A stretch of DNA of 64,000 nucleotides from Lama guanicoe (taxonomy: Eukaryota). Within the stretch, counting starts at the first letter, position 1, and every line of letters begins with the position of its first letter. The DNA lies in NCBI GenBank assembly GCA_013239625.1, contig MU053448.1:248001-312000 (forward strand), written 5' to 3'. Below are positions 56,121 through 64,000 of this stretch, piece after piece. The notes under the pieces are model-generated. The model made no database searches and had not been told where the DNA came from. It saw nothing but the letters and a program-made list of their open reading frames with translations. Position numbers and translations under genes: made by a program.

Positions 56121-59100
56121 TACATAAGGCAATTACAACATGCTATGATTACTTCTAGAAAGCAAAAATATAAGCAAGTCTTAGTCATTGACAAATGTGT
56201 GTGTATGCTAATTGGAAGCTCCCCTGATACATTTACAGGAAAAAAATTTTATGTAACCAGTCAACACGTTACCTTTTTTACCTTCTTCTTTCACAATTAA
56301 TTATATTCCATTTTACAAGAAAGTAATAGTTATCATGTAAAAAGGCAAAAACACTCAGGAATGCTACTGAAAAACAGTAGCCTCAAATTTTCCCAAAGTG
56401 CAAAAACACTGACATGGGGGGTGACAGGGTGGGGTAAATTATTATAGTCTGACAAATAAAAGAAATATTCTGAACTTTTCAATGTGACCCTTTGGCACTA
56501 GTGGTTTGGGAGACCCTGACATTCACCTGGCATCAGGTAGCTTCATGGTCAGGGCTGAGCCGCTTGGAAGCAGGAAGTTCGGCGTCATTTATCATAAATT
56601 CAACACAACAGAATCAATCTGGTTCACGGGTCATTGAATCTTCAGCAGAACATAAACCTATGCAGAGTGTCAGAGAAGCTCATCACACCATCAGAATGTG
56701 ATCTTTCAGTGCAGCTTTTTTAAGTCCCTGTTTAATTTCCATATTTTACAACGGAATATATAAAACCCTTCCTTTTAAAACAACAAAAAAGGGAAATTAA
56801 AGCTTCATGGAATCATGCAAACCTTATACCCAGTGCTTCCTTTGCTTACTCAGTGCTTGAAGCTGCATGTCTGCAGCACGGTCTGAGCAGACAGGATGCT
56901 CAGTGCGTCCCTCCAGAGCATCCCTGCCCACGGCGCTCTGGTCTGAGGCTCCCAGCACGCACACGCTAACCGGCGTGTGCTTTAAAACAGTAGATCTGGA
57001 GGACCACACCACCCCTTTAGAGGTAGAGAAACTGAGGCACAGAAAGGTTAAGTGACTCACCTATAGTTGCAAAATTCAAGAAAAAATACAGAAAAAAAAC
57101 AAACAAATCCTTCTCCCTGGCTCATGCTCTAGGCCCTAGACTAAGCTTTTTTTTTTTTAATCACATTAGGTACATTTAAAATAATGTTTATTTACGTGAT
57201 CTGTTACACTGAATATCAACTTTCTACTAGACAACTTTTTTTTGATGTAACACAAAGTTACATTTTCTTAAAATATAATTATTTTGTTGCAATTAACAGT
57301 GTGTGAGAAACGTGTATGAAAATAAATGCGTTGGTGATACTGGGCCAAATTCTTGTTTCCATTCCTATAATTCTTAATCTTTTCAAGTATATGATGGAGG
57401 TATAAGAATCTGGCCAGATGTGAAAAATCACCTATAAACTAAAGGACAGACCCTTAAAATTCATCACCAGTACAACTTTTGAGGTGGAAGTAAGGAATAC
57501 AGAAAGTTGAGGTATTTTATATGATAAACTCTTTTATGGTGTGACTGGTGCGCAAACTGATTTTTTTTTCTCTTTCCAACTCAAGTTAACAGACCTCTAG
57601 CTATGAATATGAGGAAAACATACGAAAAACTCACACAGACACGTCCTTGGGAGGAAGGTGAATGCTAAGTTCATGTTACGGTTTTGGTCCCTGAGAAGGT
57701 GGAACACCAAGATTCCATCTAACCCTGCTTGATGGGTGAACTACTCCCTTGATGTCAGCCACGGTAAGGACAACTTTTCCAGGCCACCGGAGCCAACGAG
57801 ACAGTCATGAACAGATCTAAACTGAAGCGTCTTCTCTTCCTAGGTTCCTACACAGTTGCAGGAAGCCTAAGTCAGGATCAAGCAGGCATCAAAGAAGAGC
57901 GATGGGCTTAGCGCTGCAGACTTCTGCATCAGCTGAGCAGCTTAGAGAGGAGAGGACTCATCTCCCAACAAGAACTTGGCAGCCCGGCAGTGGCCTGTGA
58001 GCAACACCTGTCCCCGTGGACGGCAGTGCCCGTCCACGCCCGGAGACAGCACATCTCAAGCGCTTTACGGATGTCTAGGAACTGGCCTCTGGAAGTAAGC
58101 ACAGAATTTACAAAGAGCTGAGCGGTTGAGGAAGAAGGGAGGTGACAGGTGACTGCACACTTTAGTAGTGCTTTCTCGATCAGACACGAAACCCAAAGAA
58201 AAAAATCCAAAGACAGAATTACTCCCGCTGGAATGAACTTCTGGAAATAAAACTGCATGTAACAAACTGGCTTGAAAAGGAGGACTTGAAAGAATATTTC
58301 TTATTGCTGAACCAAGAGCGGCGAAGTGTGTTTCACAAACACTCTAATGTGAGAAGACCACAGTGACATCTGAGTGATGATTCCTCCCTCGAGTCCCAGC
58401 TGTGGGCAGGTCTTGCCCTCCAGGCGGCAGGGAGCACCCTGCCCTTCCTCTCCAGAGCCTTCTCGGCAGAGATGGAGCAGTCCTTCCACACAGCAAACCC
58501 CCAGGCTGGGCTTGGGGCTGCGTTTGGGTTAGAATCCTGAATAGGTCCTACACTTGATTACTGAGCAGAACAGGAAGCAATTGTTTTAAATGCAAAGATT
58601 TAGATGAGAAGACGAGGCATTGTCCAAGCAGGAGAGGAGAGAAATGGCCTATTTAAGTATCTCTCCAGAGTAAATCTGTAAGTTGTGATCACAAACATGG
58701 TTTTAGAGGAGGCCTGAAAACAAGCAGACAGCAGGCATTTTCCCCTTAGTTTTATCAAAGATAAGATGCAAAGAACGGCCTAATAATGCAAATGTTTTAT
58801 ATGTATTACTTTTGGAAAGACCAGTATAACACCTATCCCCATTCTGGGCCTTCCCTTTTGAAGCTTTTATTTTTTTATTTTTTGCAATTCCAAATAAATT
58901 ATTAAAAGAACATGAATTAGTAAAATAAATACTATTAAGTCAGAAGTAATTTGTTCTATGTTAAACTTGAAAATGAGGCGGTTAGACTGCTGATCGTGTC
59001 AATTACTTTGAGGTGAGAGTCATGCATTTGGAATATAATGGATGATCTGAACATTGTTCCACTGGAAGAAAAGCTGGGTATCACCCCCAGAATAACTTGC

Positions 59101-61319
59101 TGAACAGATGTAAACTTGGGAGAGTCAAACTGTCCTGGGGACACATCACCTTCAAGAGGAGACAGGCTATTAATACATCGAGATTTTGTTTTACTCTAAA
59201 AAAATCACAGGGAGATAATCTGGAAAACCTCACCTCTAAGTATCTGCAGTATAATCATGGATTAGCTGTAGTAAGAACACCAATAGATGCATTTAAATAA
59301 AATAAGCTTCACATGTAAGTTGTATCCCCCAAAATGGTAATTTCCATATGACACGGGAACTTTCTCATTTTACTTGTACGGCCACATGTGTTCTTTGAAT
59401 ATCTCAGACTCCTTACCTAGAAAACTATTTTAATGCCTAAAAGTATATTGATACTGCTACATTATATTTTCAGGAAGTTCAGTTCAATAAATTTAAGCCT
59501 TCATTCCTAAAAATACTGATAAAAAACAAACCTTCAAGAGTTGACAAAAAGAGTAATGAGTTTTTTGAGCATTTGTTAACTATCAGTTACTGTAATTTTT
59601 TTTTAATTTTAAAATAATCTTGTTGCTGCTCTTAGCTCATAACTCACAACCCATGATCATCATAAGTACTTTTAATTCATAAAGGTGTTTTTTGCTCTGT
59701 GTTAAACTATCCTCATTTTATTTAGCCTCCTTGTTCCACACTTTAGGGAACTACTCCTTGGGTCTTTAGAAATATTCTTTCTGTCTGAAAAACACATTTT
59801 CTCCTATTGACATCACTTAGTCACTTTAATTGGGTGTTACTAAATTTCATGTTTTACTTCACCAGATCCACCTTAGCCAATCTCACCTTTCAACCTGGCA
59901 TAGTTCCCTAATTAGAGACAACATTGTACATGAAGTACGTGATATCTCGATGAAACATCTGAACCACTCTGTGCTTTGTTCCCATTTAATACACATGGTA
60001 GGGTAATACAGACAGACAAATGGCCTATTTGATCCATATACTGGATTAGTTAATTAATGGTGAATTTTGCACTTCAGAAGTTTAGTGAGAGGTTGGGTGA
60101 GGAACTGTAGGGTGCTGTGTCATCTCAAACAACAGGGAGGTGGCTAAATTAATTGTCTTCATTTTTGCTAGAAATTCTTTTGAAAACTCTATGTGTTCCA
60201 ATTTGTAGAAACTGATCTAAGCTTCATTTTGCCTTTAACTTATTCCTGAGTTACAGGGAACTCATATGTGCTCCTGAACACTTACTCTCTCCTTTAACAG
60301 CCTTACTATCAAGGTAAATAATTTATTTCTTCTGAGTGGCCACAATGCTTGCTGAAAGAGAACACGGATATATTTAATACTGGATCCCACTTACATTAGA
60401 CTGAATACAAGTTAAATACCTCACGCTCCCTAAGTCAACTCTCTTTAACTGGGCGATCACTACATGCTGAAAGGGTCAATTTACGCGAATGAGTCTTTAG
60501 TCTGGACTCTCTTCCAATGAATGAATATACTATTATTCCTAACTGCCTTGAGCATTGATATTTTGAACAGTGAAATAGTAAAAGTATAATCAAGGAGGCT
60601 GCAGTATTCCAATCTAAGAGAACAGACACACAGGAATAGTCAAATTAAGTGAATAGTTCAAGTGGTAAAAGGCACTGAAATTGATCTGAGCTATTGAAAT
60701 CATCCTGCAAATGGAACAACTCCATCTTGTCCATTCATTCTTCTCTATTTGCAATTAAAATGCCTTGAAGTGGGGGTGGCTAGGAGAGTCAGCTCATTAG
60801 AGGATTAAAAACAAATGCACGCACCTCTTATTTGAATGAGGTACCTGAAAATTATACATGCTTAACACGAAATACCCGAACTACAGACACATTTGCTGTA
60901 AAGTCAGACTTCAAGACAACAATTTCTCCCATTTCCAAAGTAAGATTCTAAGTAAGAGTATCTGCTCCCCTGCAAAGACTAACCAGAAAAGGCCCATCTT
61001 TATTTTCTACTTAAATAATGTTGAAATGTTTTCAAAGCAAAGAGTATTCATGAAAGCTTCCAGGTTAATGGCAATGAACGTGAGATTCCTCTCATCAAAG
61101 AGATGGGGCCCAGGCAACCACCGAGCAACTCCAGCGTGCGGAGGGCCAGGCCCCCACCCTGGTGCTGAGCAACATGGCTTCACTCTCCAGCAGCCCACCC
61201 ACCAGTGTACAGGCAACTCTAACACCAGCGATTCACGGTCTCTTCCACTTTACATCAAACCAGGACCAGAAACCACATCCGTTTCCTGTTCCTCAAGCCA
61301 TCCAATCCCCTGCTGCAGC

Positions 61320-61955
<636 letters not shown>

Positions 61956-63126
61956 TCATCCCTCAAAAAGTATTCCCAACATTCTTTTCCCCATTAAAAT
62001 ATTCATAGCTCCTACATGTTTACTTGTCAACAAAAAAGTCCTCTAACAGCAATACCTTCATAACAGTAAAAGACAACAGAGATGCTTTGAGAATTTTTTC
62101 AAAGCCATTTCACAGGCTAGTCAACTCAGCAAACGCTAGGCAGAGGGTCCTTCTGTGGGTGGGGGGAGGGAAAAGGAGTCACATGGGGGTCTGAAGGTAT
62201 ATGTAGGAAAACGGGAGTATTTGTGCCTGCCACAGGGATCGGGGGCAGAGGCCAGCAGCCCTGGGATGTGCGGGGAGTTCCACACAGAAAATAATCACGT
62301 TCTCACAACTTCTGAATGTTGCCTTGGACCGTTAAGTGGAAAATGTTTATAATCATCAGAGCATAGAACTTGTTTTATGTATAAAACAAGGTAATTGGCA
62401 AGGATATAAAAACACTGAGTTTTTCAGAACCTCAAGAGACATTCTCCATTTCAGAGGGTCCCAATGCTGATGGCAAAGCCCCCAGTGTTTGAATCAGTAA
62501 CAGGACACCTCCACCTCAGTCCGCTCGGCGCCCGCGGATCCCCAGCCACTCCACACACGGGGGGGTCTGCGGGCTTACTCTGTCTCCTGGAGCTGTGCCT
62601 GGGCACTCTATTCATTCCAAAGCACTGACCCTGAGGCATTATGCTGACTGCTGTTTTGTGTAGAAGGAGGTTGTATTTTCCATGAATTTCGTTTCCAGGC
62701 GTAAAGGGGGTGCTAGGAACTGGGCCTGACTGGGGTGGGAATAGCGTGGACTGTACCAGCAGTCCAGCAGGTGGTGGGGGTCCCCACTTCCCCCAGGGTA
62801 AGGAAAAGGACTATGGAGCCCTGCTGGGGGGAGGATTCAGGAAGATGCTGCAGCTGAAAGCTTCCTGGGAGCCTGACCTATAGGCTGGGGAAGGGGTAGT
62901 GCAGGGCAGATGGGCAAACATAAACCAGGGCTGGACTGTGTTTGGGGAGAATCGGAAGCAGCCTGAATGCTCATGTGCAGGCTTCATTTCAGGAAAAGCA
63001 GCTGGGTCTGAGTGGTTTTCTCTCATGGCAGGGAGGGGGCAGCAGTGTTCTGATTACACTTACAAAAAAAAAAAAAACTTATGTCCAAAATACATACAAA
63101 AGACATATATACACAGGAGTGGGGTC

Positions 63127-63195
63127 GGGGAGGGTATAGCTCAAGTTGTGGGGTGCATGCTTCACTCCCGGCTACCTCCTCTAAAAATAAAGAAG
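63127..63195 (+). mobile_element. Internally deleted SINE fragment
   Basis: GGGGAGGGTATAGCTCAAG...TACCTCCTCTAAAAATAAA. Confidence 0.7.
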
Positions 63196-63470
63196 TACAC
63201 ACACACAAACATCTCTGTGGGGAACCTAAAGATAGATGAAACCGGGCGCCAGCACTCAGAGAGCTTCACATCAGAGGGGAGAACAGATGGCCCCGCGGGG
63301 AGCGGCCCAGGGCAGAACAGCAGGAAGGAGGTGGGAGGGACGCCCAAGGGGCTGAGCCGCAGCGGACCGGGCGCCACGGGGGCGGAGGCTGGCGGATGGG
63401 GAGGCTGTCAGTGCACAAGGTCTGGGTCCCAGGAGGCAGCAGAGGGGCCAGAACAGCAGGTGTTGGCTCA

Positions 63471-63779
<309 letters not shown>

Positions 63780-64000
63780 TTAATTTTAAAGTAAGAAATC
63801 GTTAAAGATGAAACCAGACTAGCTGACCTGTTTCTACTAACTGCAGATACTTTATTAAAGTTACATTTGCTTTAGAGTCACATTTATTTTCAATTTCATT
63901 TTAAGAGTAGAAAGATTAGGATTTATTGAAGTTGCTATTTCAATACAAACAGGATTTCCGTATCAATTCCGTGCATTGCCTGTACAGTTAATGATACTCT

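Overview
Mammalian genomic window, most likely a camelid (alpaca/camel), judging by ~13 copies of a tRNA-derived SINE resembling the Tylopoda Vic-1 family. It covers the conserved CYFIP1-NIPA2-NIPA1 cluster (orthologous to human 15q11.2 BP1-BP2). The + strand carries the last 13 coding exons of CYFIP1 (559 aa, matching human residues ~695-1253; all GT-AG, frame-continuous). The - strand carries a complete NIPA2 (5 coding exons, 360 aa, three inferred 5' non-coding exons, CpG-island promoter at ~50.6-51.1 kb) and the last two coding exons plus a ~5.3 kb 3' UTR of NIPA1. The rest is introns and intergenic DNA full of L1, L2, MIR, MLT/ERV LTR and hAT/Tigger relics, plus a 409-N assembly gap. I see no novel multi-gene system, and almost all ORFs in the supplied track are spurious. 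The best second-look items are small: a TSD-flanked tailless 5'-half tRNA-Glu(CTC) retrocopy, a uORF-laden NIPA2 leader with an AUG-UGA start-stop, a palindrome over a NIPA2 5' splice site, a duplicated miR-18 seed site in the NIPA2 3' UTR, and a MER41-like solo LTR next to the NIPA2 promoter. Repeat family names and human residue comparisons come from recall, not from database searches.
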